This document shows positions 1-8,091 of a stretch of DNA of 36,234 nt, one piece after another (position 1 is the first letter of the stretch; the number at the start of each line of letters is the position of its first letter). Source of the stretch: an uncultured Muribaculaceae bacterium. Lineage in GTDB: Bacteria; Bacillota_I; Bacilli_A; RF39; UBA660. The translations under genes and the position numbers were made by a program. Location: contig CAZFXQ010000005.1 in assembly GCA_964523265.1 (NCBI GenBank), positions 1 to 36,234 of the forward strand, written 5' to 3'. The notes below the pieces were generated by a model. That model did no database searches. It worked only from the letters and a program-made list of their open reading frames with translations, and was not told the origin of the DNA.

Positions 1-623
1 ATGGTAATGTGTTAATAGCTCAAGGAATAGAAGTAAGTAAGAAAGTAAAAGATAGTGTTATAGGAAAAAAATTATATGATGCTGTATGTTCATCATTAAA
101 ATATATTATGGATGAAATGAATAAAAAAGATGATGAAATAGTTGCAACCATAATAGGTTTATCAAATTATCATACATCAAATTATAATCATAGCATCTTG
201 CCATTTATTATTAATCCGATTACTAATAATAGTTCTTATAATGGCATTTATAATTATCAAGCGTTGTTGCATTTAAAAGAAGATAAAAGTTTAAGTGATA
301 TTAAACTTTATATTCCAGAAGCATCTTACTTCGATGATGAAGAAATACTAAAAAGAAATGACACAATATATCAAAATGATATAACATATCAAAAAATAGA
401 AAAAATATTACAGTCATTAAGATATGCTAGATATAAAAAGGATAATTATTATAATTTTAAAATAAAAAACGAAATATATACAGAGTGTACACTATCATGG
501 TTTATTACTGTTTTTGATGATGGTACTATTGATAGTTTTATTAATTCTGATAATCCTAATATAATAAAACAGTATAATGATGAGCTAGAAATAATAAGTA
601 AAAACATTGGAAAATGTGTTTAA
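1..623 (+). CDS. hypothetical protein, probably 5'-partial
   Basis: ORF track 9..623. The same frame has no stop between nt 3 and the GTG at 9, so the gene may begin upstream of the window. Asn/Tyr/Ile-rich with no motif I recognise. Confidence 0.5.
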   Translation, partial: GNVLIAQGIEVSKKVKDSVIGKKLYDAVCSSLKYIMDEMNKKDDEIVATIIGLSNYHTSNYNHSILPFIINPITNNSSYNGIYNYQALLHLKEDKSLSDIKLYIPEASYFDDEEILKRNDTIYQNDITYQKIEKILQSLRYARYKKDNYYNFKIKNEIYTECTLSWFITVFDDGTIDSFINSDNPNIIKQYNDELEIISKNIGKCV

Positions 624-678
624 TATTTACATTCATTAGATATATGCTATAATAAATAACTGATAAGGAGGACAGATT

Positions 679-1593
679 ATGAATAAAGAAGAATTTTTGC
701 ATAAAGCAAATGATAAACTAAACGCTATGAGGTATTTTCCTGAATTTTTTGAAAAAGATTGTAATGTTTCAAGTAATAAAACAATAGAGCAGTTAAACAA
801 AGCATATACTAAAGCTTGTAAAAAATATGTAAGTTTTAAAAACTTTGATGAATCTAATACAATTAGGCTTGCATCTGCATATGGATATATGATGAGTGTA
901 TTGGGAAAAAACAAAAATGCTTATGAGCCAAAACATAGAACGACTAAAGATTTATTAAGTAGCTATGATAAACTAATTGAATCAATTTCTAGATATCATT
1001 TTAATCCAGAATATGATAATTCTTATGGGGATAATCAAAACAAAGCTAATAAACAAATGTTATTTGAAATATCATTATTAAGACCAATGTTAATTATGGT
1101 GTTGGAAAATATTGATGATCAGTTAGAAAAAAGAGGTAACAACAATGTTAATTTTAATGCTAGATTAACAGTTAAATTAGTAGATTTAATAGAAGATTTT
1201 TTCTATGTAAATCAAGGATTAACACGTGCAGAGTGTAACTATCATAATATGTGGGATCGTGTTATGAAGGGTTCTTGTAATAATAGGAGTATTAGTTATT
1301 TAGATGTTACAGAATATGATTTAGGAGAAACAAAATTAACTTGGAAGAAAAAGAAAAATGAAGCGTGTCATACTATTTTAAATTTTCATAAAAGTATGAA
1401 AGAAATAAATAGAAATTTAAATTCTTATGATTTAAATGACTTAAGAAATTTTATAAAAGTTAATGAGCTATATGTTTATGGTATTGATAATATTGTAAAT
1501 GGTCCTAATTATTATAGTTATTTAAGTGATGAAGAAAGAAAAAATTTAGATGAACAAAATAAATTAAGAAAAACTTTGGCTAAAAATAAATAA
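679..1593 (+). CDS. hypothetical protein (304 aa)
   Basis: Long ORF with ATG preceded by AAGGAGG (666-672) and followed by a terminator hairpin. No recognisable catalytic motif. Confidence 0.7.
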   Translation: MNKEEFLHKANDKLNAMRYFPEFFEKDCNVSSNKTIEQLNKAYTKACKKYVSFKNFDESNTIRLASAYGYMMSVLGKNKNAYEPKHRTTKDLLSSYDKLIESISRYHFNPEYDNSYGDNQNKANKQMLFEISLLRPMLIMVLENIDDQLEKRGNNNVNFNARLTVKLVDLIEDFFYVNQGLTRAECNYHNMWDRVMKGSCNNRSISYLDVTEYDLGETKLTWKKKKNEACHTILNFHKSMKEINRNLNSYDLNDLRNFIKVNELYVYGIDNIVNGPNYYSYLSDEERKNLDEQNKLRKTLAKNK

Positions 1594-1603
1594 AGGATTA
1601 TTT

Positions 1604-1637
1604 GAATTATTTGATTAATTCAAGTAATTCTTTTTTT
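1604..1637 (+). terminator. Rho-independent terminator
   Basis: gaattatttga (1604-1614) pairs with tcaagtaattc (1620-1630) with one G-T wobble. A T7 run follows at 1631-1637. Confidence 0.6.
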
Positions 1638-1688
1638 GTTTACTTATTAATAATTAAGATGTTATCATATAATTAATAAGAGGTAGTT

Positions 1689-2315
1689 ATGGAAAAAAAG
1701 ATAATATTAAAAAAAGAAGATGGTATTTATAATATTCCTAGGTTTATAAGATTTGAGATAAGAAAAAACACTAAATTCTATTATGAATATAACGGAAAAT
1801 TATATGATAAAGAAAAAAAAGATAATTTAGAGGTATGGCAAATATCTATTTTAGTTTGTGCACTTAATATAAAAAAGAGAAAAGAACGATTAAAATATGT
1901 ATATGATAGAGCATGTGATATATTAGACTCTGGTTTTTATGGAAAAAATTTATGTGAGTTTAAAAATAACCAGTGTATGCATGATAGATTACATGCTAAA
2001 AGTTTAGACGGTTGTTGTAGGAATAATAATAATTCTAGGAAATGTAGGTATATTAAAAACCATAGATGCGAAACTAGGTGTTTGGCTTGTAAATTACATG
2101 TATGTTATTGTCTTAAAGAAAAGGGAATTAAATATAAGGTAAATGATATATTAGCATTAAAATATTTATATAGTTGGAAGCAAAAAATTATTGTACGTTG
2201 TGATTTTTTTATGACAGAGGAAGAAGTGTTAAAAGATGTATATAGAAATAGTCTTATAATATGGTCTTTATTTACTAGACATAAGAGTTTTGTAAAAAAT
2301 ATAGACAATGATTAA
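1689..2315 (+). CDS. Cys-rich protein of unknown function, paralog A of the 7497..8060 product
   Basis: 208 aa. Carries the signature C-x6-C-x12-CC-x8-C-x7-C-x6-C-K-L-x2-C, shared with ORF 7497..8060. TATAAT at 1668-1673. The 12 nt gaggtagttatg including the start codon is identical to paralog B. Confidence 0.75.
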   Translation: MEKKIILKKEDGIYNIPRFIRFEIRKNTKFYYEYNGKLYDKEKKDNLEVWQISILVCALNIKKRKERLKYVYDRACDILDSGFYGKNLCEFKNNQCMHDRLHAKSLDGCCRNNNNSRKCRYIKNHRCETRCLACKLHVCYCLKEKGIKYKVNDILALKYLYSWKQKIIVRCDFFMTEEEVLKDVYRNSLIIWSLFTRHKSFVKNIDND

Positions 2316-2355
2316 AAATAAGTATATAATAGTCAATTAAAGGAGGTTTTAAGTT

Positions 2356-2937
2356 ATGAGTAAAAAGTATGTTATATCAAGAAAAGATGTTTGCGCAGGA
2401 CAATTATTAAAATCAGAAGAAGTATTATATAGAGCATATGATTGTGTGGGTAAAAAAGAAGTTACTCAGGAGGAACTTGCCAAGCAAGGAATTAATTTTT
2501 CTGTTTTTTCAGGTTTAATATTAAGGCCTATGTTGTTTAATGTAAATGATAATGGGTTAGCAAATGATTTAATATATACTACACCTACAAGTTATCCAAT
2601 TAAAGATATGAATGCAAATGTTAGTGTAGATGGAGAATTTATAATTGATAGTTATGTTGAATTAGAGGAATTATTAAAGTATTTAAAATATGGTGTTGAT
2701 TTAACTCAAGATGATTTAAATAAAATATATAGAAAACTTATTACAAATAGATATTGGTTAAATCATAATAAAGAGCTTTTTGGACTAATAAAATGTGGTT
2801 ATGGTCAATATTTTGGTGGTGGAACACAAATACTTCCATCTGAAATTTATGAAAATTTAAGCCACATTAATTGTTGTACAAATGGTAAGCCACATGAAGA
2901 AGAACCGGGTTATAGTTTAATTAAAAGAAAAAAATAA
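2356..2937 (+). CDS. hypothetical protein (193 aa)
   Basis: ORF with AAAGGAGG about 8 nt upstream of the ATG. No recognisable motif. A weak hairpin plus T-run follows the stop. Confidence 0.7.
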   Translation: MSKKYVISRKDVCAGQLLKSEEVLYRAYDCVGKKEVTQEELAKQGINFSVFSGLILRPMLFNVNDNGLANDLIYTTPTSYPIKDMNANVSVDGEFIIDSYVELEELLKYLKYGVDLTQDDLNKIYRKLITNRYWLNHNKELFGLIKCGYGQYFGGGTQILPSEIYENLSHINCCTNGKPHEEEPGYSLIKRKK

Positions 2938-2996
2938 AGCTTAAATGCTTTGTTTTTTTGTACAAAAATAACTTTGTAACAAAATGATAAAAAGTA

Positions 2997-3025
2997 TTGA
3001 CATATATGTTACTTTGTATTAAAAT
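2997..3025 (+). promoter_or_regulatory. sigma-70/SigA-type promoter
   Basis: TTGACA (2997-3002), a 17-nt spacer, then TAAAAT (3020-3025). It lies just upstream of the 3049-5013 three-gene unit. Confidence 0.5.
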
Positions 3026-3048
3026 GTAATTATGTGGGAGGTGTTATT

Positions 3049-3459
3049 GTGAATGCAACTTTAAGTTTGAAAGAAGCATTAGAAGTATTAAAAAAGCGTT
3101 ATGAAAAAGAATATAGTAGTTATGATTCTTTTTCGGTTGATTTTTGTTCTAAAAGTTATAATACAACAAGTACAGATTGGGGTGGTGATACTACTACTTA
3201 TAATTATTATGCATTAAGTGCTGATATCAGGTTAGGTAAAAAAATTGGTAATGTCACTGTTAATTATAATATAACAAAAACAAATTATGAACTTAAAGAT
3301 GATTTGTTAAATGAACTTAATGAATTATTTAAAGATGATGAATATGATATTTCGTGTTTATGGTTACCTTTATTTGATAGTGATGAAGTTAATTTAGATA
3401 AAGAGGTATCATTTAGTTTGAAAAAGAAAAAAGATAAAACGTTAGTAAAGAAAATTTAA
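3049..3459 (+). CDS. hypothetical protein (about 136 aa)
   Basis: The ORF track starts at GTG 3034. However, GGGAGG at 3036-3041 sits 7 nt before GTG 3049 (MNATLSLKEA...), so 3049 is the likelier start. No recognisable domain. Confidence 0.65.
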   Translation: MNATLSLKEALEVLKKRYEKEYSSYDSFSVDFCSKSYNTTSTDWGGDTTTYNYYALSADIRLGKKIGNVTVNYNITKTNYELKDDLLNELNELFKDDEYDISCLWLPLFDSDEVNLDKEVSFSLKKKKDKTLVKKI

Positions 3460-3473
3460 GGGGAGGTAAAAAT

Positions 3474-3731
3474 ATGAAAATATTAAAAAAAGGACATGCG
3501 TATAAACAAAGATGTAATAAATGTAATTCCTTGTTACTTATTGATGCTGCTGATATAGAAACTGGTACATATACAGATTATGGTGGTTTTAAAGAAACAT
3601 ATAAAATTTTTTGTTGTGCTGTGTGTGGTTCATGCAACGATATAGATGAAAGTAAAAAAATTGTTTACACGGATATTGATGATAATTTATCATATAGAAA
3701 GGGATTAGTAAGGGGGAATTTTCATGATTGA
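3474..3731 (+). CDS. small zinc-ribbon protein (85 aa)
   Basis: Two CxxC pairs (CNKCNS ... CAVCGSC). GGGGAGG RBS upstream. Its stop overlaps the start of the next gene (ATGATTGA at 3724-3731). Confidence 0.7.
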   Translation: MKILKKGHAYKQRCNKCNSLLLIDAADIETGTYTDYGGFKETYKIFCCAVCGSCNDIDESKKIVYTDIDDNLSYRKGLVRGNFHD

Positions 3732-5013
3732 TTATACAGTTGATTTATTAATTTTTGGAATTTCAAATAAAAAAAATAGTAATATACGAGAATTATCAAA
3801 AAAAAATTTAAGTGTTATATTGGTAAAAAGAGATAAAGAGCCATTTAAAGATATGCTAGTATTACCAGGTGGTTATGTTAATAGTAATGAAACATCTGAA
3901 GAAGCAGCTAAAAGAATATTAAAAAAAGAAACAGGGTTAGATAATATTGCATTATACTTGTCTGGTATAAATGATGAAGTAAAAAGAGATCCAAGAAATA
4001 GAACAATATCAGTTTCTTATATTGCTTTAATAGATGTAGAAAAAATAGATAAGAAATTAAAAGAAAACTCAAAATGGTATGATATTAATTATTATATTAA
4101 TGATGATAGTATATATGTTAAACTAGATAATATATTGTTTAAAGTAGGACGTAAGATTATTGATAAGAAGTGCGGGTATGAACGATATTATTTTGTAAAT
4201 AAAAATAAATTAGGTTTTGATCATGAAATTATATTAACTAAAGGTATTATGGAATTAAGAAATAAAGTTAAAAACACAGATATTGTTTTTAACTTATTTC
4301 CAAAGTGCTTTACGATTGGTTCATTAGAACAAGTGTATGAAGATATTTTAAAAGAAAAAATTGTTAATTCTGCTTTTAGAAGAACTTTTAAAGATAAATT
4401 TGAAGTAACAAATGAAATGGTTAAAACAGGTGGACATAGACCAAGTCATCTATATAAATATAAAGAAAAACAGGAAAAAACTTATACATGTGAAATGGTA
4501 GATATATATAATCCAGACACAATGGAAAAAACTGGAGAAAAACTTTCCAAATTAGCGGCACACAGATTAGGTGTTTGGCATAGTTCAATTCATTTAATTA
4601 TAGTAAATAAAAATAAAACTAAAACATTATTTCAGCAAAGATCAAGTTATAAAGATTTATATCCGAATATGTGGGATATAGCAGTAGGTGGACATATTTC
4701 ATCTGGTGAAAGTGATGAAATGGCAGTAAGAAGAGAATTGAAAGAAGAATTAGGAATAAATTCTGATGATTACAAAATAGAATTTATAAAAAAGTATAAA
4801 GAAGAATTAAAAAATAACAATATTGATAGTAAAGAAATTGTAAGTATATTTATATTATATTTGGATGTTAATATTGATAAATTAAAACTTCAAAAAGAAG
4901 AAGTTGGTAATGTTAAATGGGTTACAAAAGAAGAAATGAAATTATTAATTAAAGAAAGAAAAGTAATTCCTCACATTGAAGAATATAAATTGCTTAGTGA
5001 TATTTTAAAATAA
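3724..5013 (+). CDS. NrtR-like Nudix/winged-helix regulator fused to a second, canonical Nudix hydrolase domain
   Basis: The N-terminal Nudix box is degenerate (GGYVNSNETSEEAAKRILKKETGL). The middle segment GFDHEIIL...FTIGSLEQVYEDIL...AFRRTF...GGHRPSHLYKY matches the NrtR C-terminal wHTH pattern. The C-terminal domain has a canonical box GGHISSGESDEMAVRRELKEELGI preceded by WHSSIHLII...QQRS...YPNMWD (IDI/YfcD-like Nudix). Confidence 0.85.
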   Translation: MIDYTVDLLIFGISNKKNSNIRELSKKNLSVILVKRDKEPFKDMLVLPGGYVNSNETSEEAAKRILKKETGLDNIALYLSGINDEVKRDPRNRTISVSYIALIDVEKIDKKLKENSKWYDINYYINDDSIYVKLDNILFKVGRKIIDKKCGYERYYFVNKNKLGFDHEIILTKGIMELRNKVKNTDIVFNLFPKCFTIGSLEQVYEDILKEKIVNSAFRRTFKDKFEVTNEMVKTGGHRPSHLYKYKEKQEKTYTCEMVDIYNPDTMEKTGEKLSKLAAHRLGVWHSSIHLIIVNKNKTKTLFQQRSSYKDLYPNMWDIAVGGHISSGESDEMAVRRELKEELGINSDDYKIEFIKKYKEELKNNNIDSKEIVSIFILYLDVNIDKLKLQKEEVGNVKWVTKEEMKLLIKERKVIPHIEEYKLLSDILK

Positions 5014-5036
5014 AAGCTAATTATTTAGCTTTTTTA
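5012..5036 (+). terminator. Rho-independent terminator
   Basis: aaaagctaa (5012-5020) pairs with ttagctttt (5025-5033) across loop ttat, with a T-rich tail. Confidence 0.6.
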
Positions 5037-5047
5037 AATATAAAAAT

Positions 5048-5074
5048 TTAGCAATCATATCTTGACAGTGCTAA
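5048..5074 (+). promoter_or_regulatory. CIRCE-like inverted repeat (putative HrcA operator)
   Basis: TTAGCAATC-N9-CAGTGCTAA versus the consensus TTAGCACTC-N9-GAGTGCTAA. It overlaps the -35 of the htpG promoter. Confidence 0.55.
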
Positions 5075-5089
5075 AAATATAATTATAAT
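5062..5089 (+). promoter_or_regulatory. htpG promoter
   Basis: TTGACA (5062-5067), a 16-nt spacer, then TATAAT (5084-5089). GGAGGAG RBS lies before ATG 5115. Confidence 0.5.
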
Positions 5090-5114
5090 AATAATTGTAC
5101 TGGAGGAGATTAAA

Positions 5115-6953
5115 ATGGCAAAACAACAATTTAAAGCAGAATCTAAAAAATTATTAGATTTAATGATTAATTCTATTTATACTAATAAAGAAATATTTTT
5201 AAGGGAATTAATATCTAATGCAAATGATGCACTAGATAAATTATCTTATAATTCTTTAACAGATAAAACTATTAAGATAAATAGGAAAAAGTTGCAGATA
5301 AATATTGATGTTGATAAAGAAAAAAGGCTTATTACAATATCTGATAATGGTATTGGTATGAACTATGATGAATTAAAAGAAAATTTAGGTACAATAGCAA
5401 AAAGTGGATCACAAGAGTTTAAAAAAGCATTAGAAGAAAAAAATAATACTAATATTATTGGTCAGTTTGGTGTTGGTTTTTATTCATCATTTATGGTAAG
5501 TGATGAGGTAACTGTTGAAAGTAAAAAGATAAATGAAAATAAAGCGTATAAATGGGTATCTCGTGGTATTGAAGGATTTGATATAAAAGAATGTGAAAAA
5601 GAAGAAAACGGAACAAAAATAATACTTCATATTAAAGAAAAAACAGATGATTTTGATTATGATAAATTTTTAAATGAATATGAAATTAGGAATTTAATTA
5701 AAAAATATTCTGATTATGTATCTTATCCAATTAAAATGGTAAGTGATAAGAAAGAGGAAACAATAAATCAAATGATTCCATTATGGAAGAAAAACAAGAA
5801 TAAAATAAAAGAAGAAGAATATAATTTATTTTATCAAGAGAAATTTTTTGATTATAATAAACCTCTTAAGGTAATTCACATTAATACAGAAGGAATAGTT
5901 AGTTATGATGCTATTTTATTTATACCAGAAAATGTACCATATGATTATTATACAAAAGAATATAAAAGAGGATTAGAATTATATTCAAGTGATGTATTAA
6001 TTATGGAAAAGTGTTCTGATTTATTACCTGATTATTTAGGATTTGTAAAAGGTGTTGTATCATCACCTGATTTATCTCTTAATATATCAAGAGAAATTTT
6101 ACAACAAACTAAAGTATTAAATACAATATCTAAATCAATAGAAAAGAAAATATTAAAAGAACTTAAAGTAATGCTAGATGAAAAAAGAGAAGATTATGAT
6201 AAGTTTTTTGAAAAGTTTGGTAATAATATAAAATATGGTATTTATGAAAATTTTGGTGAGAAAAAAGAAGATTTAAAAGATTTAATAACATTTTATTCAT
6301 CAAAGGAAAAGAAGAATGTAACATTAAAAGAATATACTGATAAATTAGAAGAAAATTATGATACTATTTATTATGCATGTGGTGATAATATAAACAAAAT
6401 AGATATGTTACCGCAAGTTGAAATATTAAAAGAAAAAAATATAGAAGTTCTATATTTAACTGATTACATTGATGAATTTGTTTTAAAAACAATAGATAAG
6501 TATAATAACAAAAAGTTTGTTAATGTTTCAACAAATGAATTTGATTTATCAACAGAAGAAGAAAAGATTAATTTAGATAGAAAAAATAAAGATGATAAAG
6601 AAATGTTTGATTTTATGAAAGACCAATTAGATTCAAATGTTGAAAGTATTAGATATACAAATAAATTAAGTAAACATCCAATATGTTTAGCAACAGAAGG
6701 TGATGTAACTGTTCAAATGCAAAAAGTAATAAATGCAATGCCTACTGACGAACATATTGATGCTAAATTAATACTTGAAATAAATGAAGAACATGATATA
6801 GCTAAAAAGATAAAAGATTTATATGAAAATGATAAAGAAACATTAAAAAAGTATACAAAGATTTTATATAATGAAGCTAGAATAATAGAAGGATTAGAAG
6901 TTGTAAATCCATCTGAATTTAGTGATTTAGTATGTGAAATGTTATCAAAATAA
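5115..6953 (+). CDS. htpG: molecular chaperone HtpG (Hsp90 family)
   Basis: 612 aa. GHKL N-terminal motifs ELISNANDALDK, ISDNGIGM and GQFGVGFYS, plus full-length middle and C-terminal domains. Confidence 0.97.
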   Translation: MAKQQFKAESKKLLDLMINSIYTNKEIFLRELISNANDALDKLSYNSLTDKTIKINRKKLQINIDVDKEKRLITISDNGIGMNYDELKENLGTIAKSGSQEFKKALEEKNNTNIIGQFGVGFYSSFMVSDEVTVESKKINENKAYKWVSRGIEGFDIKECEKEENGTKIILHIKEKTDDFDYDKFLNEYEIRNLIKKYSDYVSYPIKMVSDKKEETINQMIPLWKKNKNKIKEEEYNLFYQEKFFDYNKPLKVIHINTEGIVSYDAILFIPENVPYDYYTKEYKRGLELYSSDVLIMEKCSDLLPDYLGFVKGVVSSPDLSLNISREILQQTKVLNTISKSIEKKILKELKVMLDEKREDYDKFFEKFGNNIKYGIYENFGEKKEDLKDLITFYSSKEKKNVTLKEYTDKLEENYDTIYYACGDNINKIDMLPQVEILKEKNIEVLYLTDYIDEFVLKTIDKYNNKKFVNVSTNEFDLSTEEEKINLDRKNKDDKEMFDFMKDQLDSNVESIRYTNKLSKHPICLATEGDVTVQMQKVINAMPTDEHIDAKLILEINEEHDIAKKIKDLYENDKETLKKYTKILYNEARIIEGLEVVNPSEFSDLVCEMLSK

Positions 6954-6954
6954 A

Positions 6955-6988
6955 AAAGGAAGAATTATTTTAAAATAATTCTTCCTTT
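6955..6988. terminator. bidirectional terminator between convergent genes
   Basis: Perfect 17+17 palindrome aaaggaagaattatttt/aaaataattcttccttt, flanked by A/T runs. Confidence 0.7.
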
Positions 6989-7406
6989 AATTTATATATC
7001 CATTTGTTTTAAATCTATCAATTGTTTCTTGTTTTGTTTTTTCACCGACAATTCTGTTTAGTGTCGTTTCTTCTTCACCATCTTTTATAAAAATAACAGT
7101 AGGTGTTCCGCTGACATTTAGTATACTTTTAAATTCGCCGTACTCACTTGTTGTTAATTTTGTGTTATCTAGATGTAATATATCAATATCATATTCATTT
7201 AAAACACTTGTAAGTACTGGCTTATAACTTTGACAATGTGAACAATCCTTGTTACCAATGTAAAGTACAAAACTTTCTTTATTATTTAACCTTTCTTTTA
7301 AATTACTATAGCTAATTTCTGTTATGTGGTTTTCTTCTTTTCCACACCCACATATTAAAAACGCAACTATTATTACCAATATAAATAATTTTGCTAGTTT
7401 ATCCAT
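6987..7406 (-). CDS. membrane-tethered thioredoxin-like protein (probable lipoprotein)
   Basis: N-terminal hydrophobic segment ending LICGC (lipobox-like). CSHC active-site motif and a GTPT cis-Pro loop typical of the thioredoxin fold. Confidence 0.85.
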   Translation of the reverse strand: MDKLAKLFILVIIVAFLICGCGKEENHITEISYSNLKERLNNKESFVLYIGNKDCSHCQSYKPVLTSVLNEYDIDILHLDNTKLTTSEYGEFKSILNVSGTPTVIFIKDGEEETTLNRIVGEKTKQETIDRFKTNGYIN

Positions 7407-7449
7407 AATTTTATCACTCCATTATAATTGTATCACTAAATTTTCTTTT

Positions 7450-7479
7450 TTGACACATTTTTTTAAAAAATGATATAAT
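7450..7479 (+). promoter_or_regulatory. promoter with extended -10
   Basis: TTGACA (7450-7455), an 18-nt spacer ending in TGa, then TATAAT (7474-7479). Confidence 0.5.
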
Positions 7480-7496
7480 TCTTATATGAGGTAGTT

Positions 7497-8060
7497 ATGA
7501 AAAAGTTAGATAATAATACTATATTAGTTGATGAAGAAGATTATTTAAATAAATTTAAGAGTTTAAAGAAGAAAAAGTATATTAAATATATATTAAAAAC
7601 TAATATTAAAAATAACGAAGAATTAAATGCTTTTGTTAAGGCGTTTAACTATAAAGATTTAAAAAAAAGATATGAATATATATATGATTATATGTGTAAT
7701 TATTTAGATAAAAATGTATGTGTTTTATGTGATTTTAAGGATAATAAGTGTATTGGTAACAGGCTTAAAACTTCTGTTCATGAAAAAGATGGATGTTGTT
7801 ATTTTAGAAAAGATGGGTTTTGTGAATTTTTTGACGGAAAAAAATGTGTTAATCCTAATATTACATGCAAACTTTTTATGTGTTGTGCTGCTGAAAAAAA
7901 GCTAGGATATGAATCTGTATGTAATAATTATTTGCTTCTTAATTTTTTCTTTAATAATGTTCAAAAAGAAATTTTAGAGCACAGTTATAAAAAGAAAAAA
8001 GAGTATACAATTGATTTACTTCTTAAGAATACAAATAGTTTACTTTTTATTAGAAAATAG
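7497..8060 (+). CDS. Cys-rich protein of unknown function, paralog B of the 1689..2315 product
   Basis: 187 aa. Signature C-x6-C-x14-CC-x7-C-x7-C-x6-C-K-L-x2-C, aligning with ORF 1689..2315. Same gaggtagttatg start context. Confidence 0.75.
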   Translation: MKKLDNNTILVDEEDYLNKFKSLKKKKYIKYILKTNIKNNEELNAFVKAFNYKDLKKRYEYIYDYMCNYLDKNVCVLCDFKDNKCIGNRLKTSVHEKDGCCYFRKDGFCEFFDGKKCVNPNITCKLFMCCAAEKKLGYESVCNNYLLLNFFFNNVQKEILEHSYKKKKEYTIDLLLKNTNSLLFIRK

Positions 8061-8091
8061 ATATAATTTACTTAATGAAGGGAATGTTTTT

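Noticed and set aside
5115-6953. HtpG as the GHKL-ATPase component of a defence system (MORC/paraMORC-like), given the neighbouring orphan genes.
   Set aside because: It is a full-length canonical Hsp90 with N-terminal, middle and C-terminal domains and housekeeping motifs. It has its own heat-shock-type promoter and operator and its own terminator. No nuclease or helicase partner is present.
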